A DNA stretch of 32,000 nt from Aliivibrio fischeri ES114 (GTDB lineage Bacteria > Pseudomonadota > Gammaproteobacteria > Enterobacterales > Vibrionaceae). The stretch is taken from NCBI RefSeq assembly GCF_000011805.1, contig NC_006840.2; one strand, written 5' to 3'. The notes below the pieces were generated by a model, which saw nothing but the letters and a program-made list of their open reading frames with translations, made no database searches and was not told the origin of the DNA. How positions within the stretch are numbered: position 1 is the stretch's first letter; every line of letters begins with the position of its first letter. Made by a program: the position numbers and the translations under genes. Of this stretch, positions 23,358 through 31,360 are shown in pieces.

Positions 23358-23397
23358 AAAGGCCAATTATTCGCCCCCGGATATTGGCCTTTTTTAT
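23358..23397 (+). terminator. rho-independent terminator ending the catabolic operon
   Basis: AAAGGCCAAT (23358-23367) / ATTGGCCTTT (23383-23392), 15-nt loop, T-run. Confidence 0.7.
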
Positions 23398-23545
23398 TAA
23401 AAACAAGAGAGAAAATGTATATTTTTCAATAAAATAAATTACATCTACATATACATCACATATTGAATAAATACCATTACCCTAACGTTTTCGTTGGTTG
23501 ATATTATTATCAATATAAACACTTATTAACTGTTCTGGTTTTTCT

Positions 23546-25468
23546 ATGATCCAACTGCCTTATCCTCGTCTTAATGTCATTTTTGAAGCGCTTAGATATG
23601 AAGCCCTTCCTCAGCAAGAGCTTGCTCAGCGTTGTGATATTTCAACACGAACAATTCGAACAGACATCTCTGCCTTGAATGATATTTTGGCTTCTTACGG
23701 TGCCCAAATTCAGCACCAGAGAGGAAAGGGCTATCACTTTGATATCTATGATGAGACCCGTTTTTTGGATATTGAAAAACAAACGAAAAAAATGAAATCA
23801 TCTCCTCGCAACGCCAAAGATCGTATGGTGTATTTGATGATGCGTCTATTATCTCAAGAGGAAGAATGTAAGTTGGATGATCTTGCCAATCAATGGTTTG
23901 TCAGTCGCACTTCATTACAAGCAGATATGGGAGAAATTAGAGAGCAGCTTGAGCAATATAATTTAGAGTTAATAAGTAAAGCGCATTGTGGATTACGCCT
24001 GTTTGGTGAAGAGCAAGCAATTCGAGCTTGTATCGCCCATATTTTATTCCAATTTAAACCAAGTGATCATACGTTTATTGATGTTTGCGAATATTTTTTC
24101 CCAGAGATTAATCAACCATCCTTAAAAACGGATTTACTTGAATTAATTAATAAAAATCACATCAAGCTTACTGATGAAGGTTTGCATCATTTAGTGGTGT
24201 ATTGTGGTGTTGCCCTGCATCGACTAAAACAAAACGCATGCATTCATCACGTAGATCAACCAAATCTCAGTGAAGAAGCACAAAAAACAGCAGCAGAGTT
24301 AAGCCAAACCATAGAAAGTTTACTTGGTGCACCTTTACCTCAAGCAGAAATAGATTATCTAAGCATTCAAATTGCTGCTCGTCGAGTTACTGGCGTTCCT
24401 GAAATCGACACTCAAAAACCAACAGAGCAATTAGAATTAACTCAATACTTATTGGATTACGTTAATACACATTACAACTACGATCTGCGTAATGATGAGC
24501 AATTAAAACGAGACTTACTCTGCCATATAACCACCATGATCTTACGAGTTAAGTATCAAATTACCATTCCAAATCCACTATTTGATCATATAAAACGCTA
24601 TTACCCATTGGCTTATGATATGACTGTTGCTGCTATTTCTCATTGGGGTAAACATTTAATTCCAGATGGTGAGATAGGTTACTTAGTTATGCATATTGGT
24701 GTTGGACTAGAGCGTAATTTCTCACTGGAAGAACAATTACCACCAAAAGCTTTGCTTGTGTGTGACTCGGGAACATCAATTGTACGCTTACTTGAATCAC
24801 AACTTATTCGCTCATTACCTCAACTTACAATAGAAAAAGTAGAGAGTCTTAGAGATTATGAAGAGCTATCAAAAGTAGATGCTGATTTCGTTATCTCAAC
24901 AGAAAAAGTATCACAAAAAAACAAACCAACAATCACGGTATCTCCGATACCAACGAGCTTCCAATTAGAACAAGTAAATAAACTCATTCTAATGAATCGC
25001 TCACACCCATATATGTTGGATAAGTTTTTTGATCACCGTTATTTTTCTGTTCTGGATGAACCAATGACTCAAGGTGAAGTGCTCAAAAAATTCAGCGCTC
25101 ATTTTACAGAAGATAACATCACCCCTATTGAGTTTTACGACTCAGTTATTGAGCGAGAAAGCATTACATCGACAATTTTAGGGGAAGGCATTGCGATTCC
25201 ACACTCTTTGGGATTACTCGCTAACGAGACCAAAGTATATACCATCATTTCTCCACACGGCGTAGATTGGGGGAACGGGAAAATAGCTCATGTAATTTTT
25301 CTTTTTGCTATCAATAAAGACGATTATGAAGAAGCGATGAGCTTGTACGATTTATTTGTGACCTTCATGAATGGTAAAGCCGTCGATACCATCTTAGGCT
25401 GCCACTCTTATGATGAATTTCAATATGTTGCTAAAGAATGTTGGTTTAATCGAAAAAAAGATTGGTAA
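23546..25468 (+). CDS. PTS-controlled transcriptional activator (MtlR/LicR/ManR type: HTH-HTH-PRD-PRD-EIIB-like-EIIA-like)
   Basis: 640 aa. N-terminal winged HTH (LPQQELAQRCDISTRTIRTDISAL). Two PRD-like regions with conserved His (GLHHLVVYCGVALHRL; IGYLVMHIGVGLER). EIIB(Gat)-like Cys406 in ALLVCDSGTS. EIIA(Mtl/Fru)-like His553 in GEGIAIPHSLG. Confidence 0.85.
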   Translation: MIQLPYPRLNVIFEALRYEALPQQELAQRCDISTRTIRTDISALNDILASYGAQIQHQRGKGYHFDIYDETRFLDIEKQTKKMKSSPRNAKDRMVYLMMRLLSQEEECKLDDLANQWFVSRTSLQADMGEIREQLEQYNLELISKAHCGLRLFGEEQAIRACIAHILFQFKPSDHTFIDVCEYFFPEINQPSLKTDLLELINKNHIKLTDEGLHHLVVYCGVALHRLKQNACIHHVDQPNLSEEAQKTAAELSQTIESLLGAPLPQAEIDYLSIQIAARRVTGVPEIDTQKPTEQLELTQYLLDYVNTHYNYDLRNDEQLKRDLLCHITTMILRVKYQITIPNPLFDHIKRYYPLAYDMTVAAISHWGKHLIPDGEIGYLVMHIGVGLERNFSLEEQLPPKALLVCDSGTSIVRLLESQLIRSLPQLTIEKVESLRDYEELSKVDADFVISTEKVSQKNKPTITVSPIPTSFQLEQVNKLILMNRSHPYMLDKFFDHRYFSVLDEPMTQGEVLKKFSAHFTEDNITPIEFYDSVIERESITSTILGEGIAIPHSLGLLANETKVYTIISPHGVDWGNGKIAHVIFLFAINKDDYEEAMSLYDLFVTFMNGKAVDTILGCHSYDEFQYVAKECWFNRKKDW

Positions 25469-25470
25469 AT

Positions 25471-25500
25471 AAAAAACCCCGGAACATGCCGGGGTTTTAC
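25471..25500. terminator. bidirectional terminator
   Basis: AAAAAA-CCCCGG (25477-25482), loop AACATG, CCGGGG (25489-25494), then TTTT. Sits between convergent genes. Confidence 0.85.
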
Positions 25501-25526
25501 ATATCAACTAAATTGAACAATAAAAA

Positions 25527-25799
25527 TTATCTGCGAGGCTTAAACTCAAGCACTGGCGCTTTCTCTCCATCATTCACATCTTTTGGATTGTTAATAACTA
25601 AAAAATCCAAGGCGCGTCCTGTAGGACTAAGTAACGCAAGCTCTTCTCTATGTTCATCTTCCAAACAAATATTTAATGAGATATTTGAAAGCGCCTTAAC
25701 ACCAAATTCATCTTCTAATGTCTCTAGTGCTTCTTGTAGGTTTTCAGCAAGAGACTTACTGTCCCAGCGACCTTTAAATTGGATTTCCAACGACTTCAT
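25527..25799 (-). CDS. small acidic hypothetical protein
   Basis: 90 aa and protein-like in composition (EALETLEDEFGVKAL...). Overlaps the 3' end of the upstream minus-strand gene by 26 nt. Preferred over the low-complexity plus-strand ORF 25462-25830. RBS spacing is poor, with GAGG abutting the ATG. Confidence 0.5.
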   Translation of the reverse strand: MKSLEIQFKGRWDSKSLAENLQEALETLEDEFGVKALSNISLNICLEDEHREELALLSPTGRALDFLVINNPKDVNDGEKAPVLEFKPRR

Positions 25800-26670
25800 C
25801 CTCTACTTTCTTAGTACACATCACATTTAGCATGGAGGTGTTTTTTAATTTTCTGGCCGCACCGTCTTTAAAGAGTCCCAAATTATCAGCACCCCAATAA
25901 GGCAATAATACAGGCCATTTGTCTTTGGTCATTATCGTTGAATCAAGCAAGATTTGCCATTGCTCTTTAGTAACCAAATCCATATCTATTTGCTGACAAA
26001 TTTCTTGAGCATGTAGAGATGTAGCTCTAAGCCATGGCAAACTATTTTCCATATAAAAGCCTTCACTACTGTCATCAGTAAATGGAACTACAAAATGAAT
26101 ATTATTTATCTTTGTTTGCTTACGAATAGTAATAGGATCAGGTTCTGGCTCGCTTACCGCCTCTGGAGCGCTTTCAATCGGTTCTTCAACTTGAGGCAAC
26201 AAAGCTAAGTTCACTTCCCTTAATGCAGCATGCTTAAATAACCGATCACTTTGTAAACTTCTTAATTGCTTTTGCGCTGTAGTGAAATCTTGATAAGGTC
26301 CAATCAAGCAACGCTTAGCTTCTCCCTCTAATTTAAAGTTAATCGAGGCATCCACTTTCTTTTGAATATGATTTACTTTTTCTTTCGTCAGATCCTGATT
26401 AAACACACCACATTGAATCCAAAACTCGCTCTTTCCTTTTTCTAATTTTGGTTGTTGATTTCCCCATAAACCATCACCAATTGGGCAAGCATCTAACAAC
26501 ACATTTTTCGCATCAGAATGCGCAGCTTTAGAAAAACAAATCGAGGTAAGTGCGCTTTCCTTTTTAACCACATCATCATTTGAAGCATCATTGGCATAAG
26601 CATGCGTCATAACAAGGACACTACTTAGTACTCCCAATGAAATTTTTGTTATTTTTATTAATTGAGTCAT
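25774..26670 (-). CDS. secreted protein with SPOR-like domain
   Basis: I prefer the ATG at 26670 (GGAG RBS 8 nt upstream) over the GTG at 26691. Signal peptide MTQLIKITKISLGVLSSVLVMTHAYA|ND. The segment FWIQCGVFNQDLTKEKVNHIQKKV...CLIGPYQDFTTAQKQLRSLQ fits the SPOR beta-alpha-beta-beta pattern. C-terminal domain unassigned. Confidence 0.6.
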   Translation of the reverse strand: MTQLIKITKISLGVLSSVLVMTHAYANDASNDDVVKKESALTSICFSKAAHSDAKNVLLDACPIGDGLWGNQQPKLEKGKSEFWIQCGVFNQDLTKEKVNHIQKKVDASINFKLEGEAKRCLIGPYQDFTTAQKQLRSLQSDRLFKHAALREVNLALLPQVEEPIESAPEAVSEPEPDPITIRKQTKINNIHFVVPFTDDSSEGFYMENSLPWLRATSLHAQEICQQIDMDLVTKEQWQILLDSTIMTKDKWPVLLPYWGADNLGLFKDGAARKLKNTSMLNVMCTKKVEDEVVGNPI

Positions 26671-26845
26671 CAAACTTCTCCAAGCAAGCACTTACAATAT
26701 TATCAGCATAGCAAAAGTTATGTTTCAAATCCGAGAACCTTATTCTAATGCGCTTATATTACTCATTTTCATAGAATAAAATGGCTATCCATAAGCCGAT
26801 AAACTAAAATTATTTTTCCCCTTCTCTATTTATGTCGAGTAACAC

Positions 26846-28726
26846 ATGGAAGTTGAACTGTTAGAAATACAGCATTTTTTATCTCAATACCCTCCGTTTA
26901 ATTTACTTCCAGAGGAAGCGATAAAAGAAGCGGCTCAAAGTGTTGAAATATCTTATTACCGAGCAGAAACCATGGTGATTGGCTTTGGTGATGAGATCAA
27001 AGATCTCTACATGGTTCGCAGTGGTATTATCGAAGTGTACCGTCGAAATGGAGAGCTTTATAACCGTCTTGATGAAGGCAGTATCTTTGGTCAAATGGGG
27101 TTATTAATGAACAATAAAGTTCGTTTCCCAGCCAAAGCCCTAAAAGATTCTCTACTTTACTGTATTCCTGAAGCCGTTTTTGATGATTTCTGTGAACGCT
27201 ATGATGAGTTCTCTGACTTTGTTGAAGTAGAAGATGCCACTCGTTTAAAACAAGCAGTTGAAAACACAGAAGACGATGCAAACGACTTAACAACATCTAA
27301 AGTGAAAACGCTGATCACCCGTGAAGCCGTAATGATTGAAAAAAATCAAACCATTCAATCTGCTGCAAAAACCATGGCAGAAGAAAACGTATCAGCGGTA
27401 TTAATCACAGATCCCGACATCGATATCGAAGAAGAAGATAATAACTTTGTTGGTATTATTACCGACCGAGATTTATGCACCAAAGTATTGGCGTGTGGCT
27501 TAGATTTTGAAACCCCCGTATCTGAAGTAATGTCGACAGAATTAATATCTCTTGATCACAATGCTTATGTTTTTGAAGCCATGCTGATGATGCTACGCTA
27601 CAACGTCCACCACCTTCCTGTACTAAGAAATAAACAACCCATTGGCGTTATTGAAGTTTCTGATATTGTTCGCTACGAATCACAAAACAGTCTGTTGTTT
27701 GTAAGCAGTATTTTCCAACAGCAAACCATTGAAGATTTAGTGATACTTTCCACTCAGTTGAAAGATTGTTTCTTACGTATGGTCAACGAAGACGCCAACT
27801 CTCACATGGTTGGTAGCGCAATGTCTGAAATTGGACGTAGTTTTAAACAACGCTTATTAGAACTAGCAGAAGAAGAACTGGGGGAGCCTCCTGTGCCTTA
27901 TTGCTTCTTAGCTCTTGGCTCTATGGCTCGTGACGAACAATTAATTGTTACAGACCAAGATAATGCGATCATTTTAGATAACGAATACAACGAAAAAGAG
28001 CATGGTGAATACTTCAAAGCACTATCTGAATTTGTCTGTGATGGCTTAGCGGCTTGTGGCTATAAATATTGCACAGGCGATATCATGGCAACCAACCCTA
28101 AATGGCGTAAAACACAATCAGAGTGGGAAGAATGTTTTGCTGATTGGATTGATAACCCAGATCCTCAAGCACTATTAAATAGCTCTATTTTCTTTGATTT
28201 GAATGGCGTCTATGGTCGAACTAAATGGGCTGAACAACTTAATGGCTTCATTGTTCGACGCGCGAAAAAAAATAACCGCTTCTTAGCTTGTTTAGCACGA
28301 AACGGCTTACGTCGAACGCCACCTCTAGGTTTCTTTAAAGACTTTGTAATGGAAAAAGATGGTCGTCATAATAATTCCATCAACCTAAAACGCCGTGGTA
28401 CAGCCCCACTAGCGGATTTAATTCGTGTTCACGCATTGGCCATTGGTTCTCATGCACAAAACTCATTTGAACGTTTAGATGACATTATCGAAGCCGGTAT
28501 TTTACCTAAATCCAAAGGGCAAGATTTGCATCATGCAATGGAATTAATCTCACTGGTTCGATTGCGCCACCAAGCATTAGATGTCGAAGCTGGTATTGAA
28601 CCCGATAATAATATCGAGCCTGAAAACATGTCAGACTTTGAACGCCGTAATTTAAAGGATGCATTCCAAGTATTAAGTAACGCTCAAAATTTCTTAAAAT
28701 ATCGCTATAACGCGAATAAATTCTAG
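26846..28726 (+). CDS. cNMP-binding / tandem-CBS / DUF294-type nucleotidyltransferase signalling protein
   Basis: 626 aa. N-terminal cyclic-nucleotide-binding-like fold (DLYMVRSGIIEVYRRNGELYNRLDEGSIFGQMGLL). Two CBS modules (VLITD...GIITDRDL; HHLPVL...IGVIEVSDIV). NTase motif LGSMARDEQLIVTDQDNAII (GS...DxD). C-terminal helical substrate-binding region. Confidence 0.8.
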   Translation: MEVELLEIQHFLSQYPPFNLLPEEAIKEAAQSVEISYYRAETMVIGFGDEIKDLYMVRSGIIEVYRRNGELYNRLDEGSIFGQMGLLMNNKVRFPAKALKDSLLYCIPEAVFDDFCERYDEFSDFVEVEDATRLKQAVENTEDDANDLTTSKVKTLITREAVMIEKNQTIQSAAKTMAEENVSAVLITDPDIDIEEEDNNFVGIITDRDLCTKVLACGLDFETPVSEVMSTELISLDHNAYVFEAMLMMLRYNVHHLPVLRNKQPIGVIEVSDIVRYESQNSLLFVSSIFQQQTIEDLVILSTQLKDCFLRMVNEDANSHMVGSAMSEIGRSFKQRLLELAEEELGEPPVPYCFLALGSMARDEQLIVTDQDNAIILDNEYNEKEHGEYFKALSEFVCDGLAACGYKYCTGDIMATNPKWRKTQSEWEECFADWIDNPDPQALLNSSIFFDLNGVYGRTKWAEQLNGFIVRRAKKNNRFLACLARNGLRRTPPLGFFKDFVMEKDGRHNNSINLKRRGTAPLADLIRVHALAIGSHAQNSFERLDDIIEAGILPKSKGQDLHHAMELISLVRLRHQALDVEAGIEPDNNIEPENMSDFERRNLKDAFQVLSNAQNFLKYRYNANKF

Positions 28727-28732
28727 GAGCTA

Positions 28733-29452
28733 ATGATGATCCCACATGCTCCTCAAGAAATTTTAAACTGGCCCTCCTTTTTCAAACATAAGCAGGAGAT
28801 CAGTAAAGATAAACGGCTAAAAAACTTCTACAAGACAGGAACGTACGAAGAAGAAACACCACTAAGTGACATTGAGTTTGTGGCGCTTGATTTTGAAACT
28901 ACGGGATTAGATGCGAACCAAAATAGTATTATCAGTATTGGTTTAGTGCCTTTTACGTTAGAACGTATTTTTTGCCGTCAATCACAACACTGGTTTGTGA
29001 AGGCACAAGACAGCTTAGAAGAAAATTCAGTGGTCATTCATGGTATTACTCACTCAGACCTACAAGGTGCTCCAGATTTACGCCGGATTTTAGAACAGGT
29101 ATTAGATGCACTCGCAGGAAAAGTCGTAGTTGTGCACTATCGCCGTATAGAACGAGACTTCTTTGATGCAAATCTTCGCAGTTTGATTGGTGAAGGGATC
29201 GTTTTCCCAGTCGTAGATACCATGCAAATTGAAGGAGATTATCAACAAGAACAAGCGAAAGGCTTTATCAATTGGCTTAAAGGTAAGCGTCCAGAATCAA
29301 TTAGACTAGCCAACACTCGGTTGCGTTATGGATTGCCTTCATATCCTCCCCATCACGCATTAACAGATGCAATAGCGACGGCTGAATTATTTCAAGCACA
29401 AGTGAGATACCACTTCTCACCTCACGATCCAATTCGTAAGTTGTGGTTATAA
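28733..29452 (+). CDS. DEDDh 3'-5' exonuclease (DNA polymerase III epsilon-like)
   Basis: 239 aa. Exo I FVALDFETTGL. Exo II-like VVIHGITHSD / VVVVHY. Exo III HHALTDAIATAELF. The AGGAG RBS overlaps the stop of the upstream gene, and the gap is 6 nt. Confidence 0.85.
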   Translation: MMIPHAPQEILNWPSFFKHKQEISKDKRLKNFYKTGTYEEETPLSDIEFVALDFETTGLDANQNSIISIGLVPFTLERIFCRQSQHWFVKAQDSLEENSVVIHGITHSDLQGAPDLRRILEQVLDALAGKVVVVHYRRIERDFFDANLRSLIGEGIVFPVVDTMQIEGDYQQEQAKGFINWLKGKRPESIRLANTRLRYGLPSYPPHHALTDAIATAELFQAQVRYHFSPHDPIRKLWL

Positions 29453-29481
29453 CGTTTTATTTATATTGCGATGAAATATAA

Positions 29482-29517
29482 AAAAGCCGATGAAGATAAA
29501 ACTTCGTCGGCTTTTAT
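29482..29517. terminator. bidirectional terminator between convergent genes
   Basis: 12-bp stem AAGCCGATGAAG (29484-29495) / CTTCGTCGGCTT (29502-29513) with one G-U pair. A-run upstream, T-run downstream. Confidence 0.8.
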
Positions 29518-29541
29518 GTGCACGTAATAATCTAAAATAAA

Positions 29542-31122
29542 TTAACTACGGTTATATTTTTCTGTTCTCATACCCATCAGCAAACTTACACACATCGCAA
29601 GTAAAATCAGGGTAAATGGTAACGCTGTTGAAATTGCACCAGCTTGTAATGCTTGGATAGCTTCAGTACCGCCAACCCACAGTAGAGCAACAGCAATCGC
29701 ACCTTCCATAAACGCCCAGAACACACGTTGTGGCATTGGTGCATCCACTTTACCACCAGCGGTAATACTATCGATAACCAATGAACCTGAATCCGATGAG
29801 GTGATAAAGAACACAAGCACCAGAACAACAGCAATCATAGAAAGAATATTGCCCATAGGCAGAGCATCAAACATTTCAAACATAGCTAAAGAAACATCTG
29901 TCAGGCCTTTTGATCCTAATGTACCAATGTTATTTACAACTTGATCAATCGCGACACCACCGAAGATAGACATCCATAAGACGGTAAATAATGTAGGTAC
30001 AATCAATACAGCAGTAATAAACTCACGAACAGTACGACCGCGAGATACACGCGCAATAAACATACCTACAAATGGAGACCACGAAATCCACCAAGACCAG
30101 TAAAACACAGTCCAACCATGCATCCATGCTTCATCAACACGGCCATGAGGATTACTTAACGGAATGATATTTTCTACATATCCCATAACCGTTGTTGGAA
30201 TCGTACCCATGGATATAGCGAAAGTAACAAGAGCAACAAAAGCCAATAGTACAATGGCAATTAGCATATTGATGTTACTAATGACTTTTACACCACCATC
30301 AATACCACGCATTACCGATACAACAGCAAGTAAGGTAACAACAAAAATAATCGCAACTTGAAGACCTAGGCCGCCATCCATACCAAATACATGGTGGAAG
30401 CCACTCGCAGCTTGCTGAGCACCTAAACCTAATGACGTCGCTAGACCAAATAACGTAGCAAGAACCGCTAAAATATCAACAACGTGGCCAGGCCATCCCC
30501 ACGTACGATCACCTAAGATTGGATAAAAGATAGAACGCATCGAAAGTGGCAATCCTTTGTTATAAGCAAAAAATGCTAATGACAAAGCAACAACGCCATA
30601 AATAGCCCAAGGGTGTAAGCCCCAGTGAAACATAGTTGCACCTAGCGCTAATTTCGCAGCTTCTGGTGTATTTGCCTCAACGCCAAGCGGAGTCTCAAAC
30701 CAACCAGTAAAATATGCGACAGGCTCAGCCACGCCCCAGAACATCAATCCAATACCCATACCGGCAGCAAATAGCATTGCTATCCAAGATACCATTGAGT
30801 AATCCGGTTTGGCTTTATCACCACCCAGACGAATTTTGCCAAACGGCGATACAATCAATGCTAAACAGAAAATAACAAAGATATTAGCTGACCACATGAA
30901 TAAACCATCAAATGCATTAATGATCTTCCATTTAAAACCATCAAGAACGGTTTTGGCGCTTTCGGGATCAGTTACTGCTACAGCAACTAAGAAGAGTGCA
31001 ATCAGACCTGCGCTGATGCCAAAGACGGGATTATGTACATCGAATCCCCATTTCTGAACGTTATCCTGTCCAACAGTATAATCCGTATTATCTATACTGT
31101 ACTTATCCTTATTTCTACTCAT
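29542..31122 (-). CDS. BCCT-family betaine/carnitine/choline-type osmolyte transporter
   Basis: 526 aa, about 12 TM segments. Family signature WTVFYWSWWISWSPFVGMFIARVSRGRTVREF. Confidence 0.92.
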   Translation of the reverse strand: MSRNKDKYSIDNTDYTVGQDNVQKWGFDVHNPVFGISAGLIALFLVAVAVTDPESAKTVLDGFKWKIINAFDGLFMWSANIFVIFCLALIVSPFGKIRLGGDKAKPDYSMVSWIAMLFAAGMGIGLMFWGVAEPVAYFTGWFETPLGVEANTPEAAKLALGATMFHWGLHPWAIYGVVALSLAFFAYNKGLPLSMRSIFYPILGDRTWGWPGHVVDILAVLATLFGLATSLGLGAQQAASGFHHVFGMDGGLGLQVAIIFVVTLLAVVSVMRGIDGGVKVISNINMLIAIVLLAFVALVTFAISMGTIPTTVMGYVENIIPLSNPHGRVDEAWMHGWTVFYWSWWISWSPFVGMFIARVSRGRTVREFITAVLIVPTLFTVLWMSIFGGVAIDQVVNNIGTLGSKGLTDVSLAMFEMFDALPMGNILSMIAVVLVLVFFITSSDSGSLVIDSITAGGKVDAPMPQRVFWAFMEGAIAVALLWVGGTEAIQALQAGAISTALPFTLILLAMCVSLLMGMRTEKYNRS

Positions 31123-31312
31123 TATTCCTCACTTCGAGCCTCAGCTCTCTGTTTTGGTTTAATTCAAATACTCGCTTTAAAATATTTAAACACACCTAAT
31201 GATCTTAACAACTGAGCATATAATTGCCAGTAAAAGCAGCGAATTAGCCTAATAAAACAACAAATAAAGGAAAATTATCCATATTGTGAAACACAATATC
31301 TGTTCTACAAAC

Positions 31313-31345
31313 AAAAAAACGGTGAATAATTCACCGCTTTTTTAT
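31313..31345 (-). terminator. rho-independent terminator after the ABC permease gene
   Basis: CGGTGAAT (31320-31327) / ATTCACCG (31329-31336). On the minus strand it is followed by TTTTTTT. A T-run is also present on the plus strand. Confidence 0.7.
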
Positions 31346-31360
31346 TAGCTAAAAAATAGG

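Noticed and set aside
23498-23513. Short palindrome TTGATA-ttat-TATCAA about 30 bp upstream of the regulator gene.
   Set aside because: A 6-bp AT-rich inverted repeat is expected by chance in this composition. It could be an autoregulatory site, but I cannot support that.
25462-25830. 122-aa plus-strand ORF overlapping the regulator stop and terminator.
   Set aside because: It is low-complexity and Ser/Leu/Asn-rich, and it runs straight through a strong bidirectional terminator. The opposite-strand 90-aa ORF is more protein-like.
26671-26691. GTG start (26691) for the SPOR-like protein.
   Set aside because: The ATG at 26670 has a well-spaced GGAG RBS and begins directly with a canonical signal peptide.
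31033-31215. 60-aa plus-strand ORF at the BCCT 5' end and promoter region.
   Set aside because: It overlaps the BCCT start on the opposite strand and extends into AT-rich promoter DNA, so it is probably spurious.
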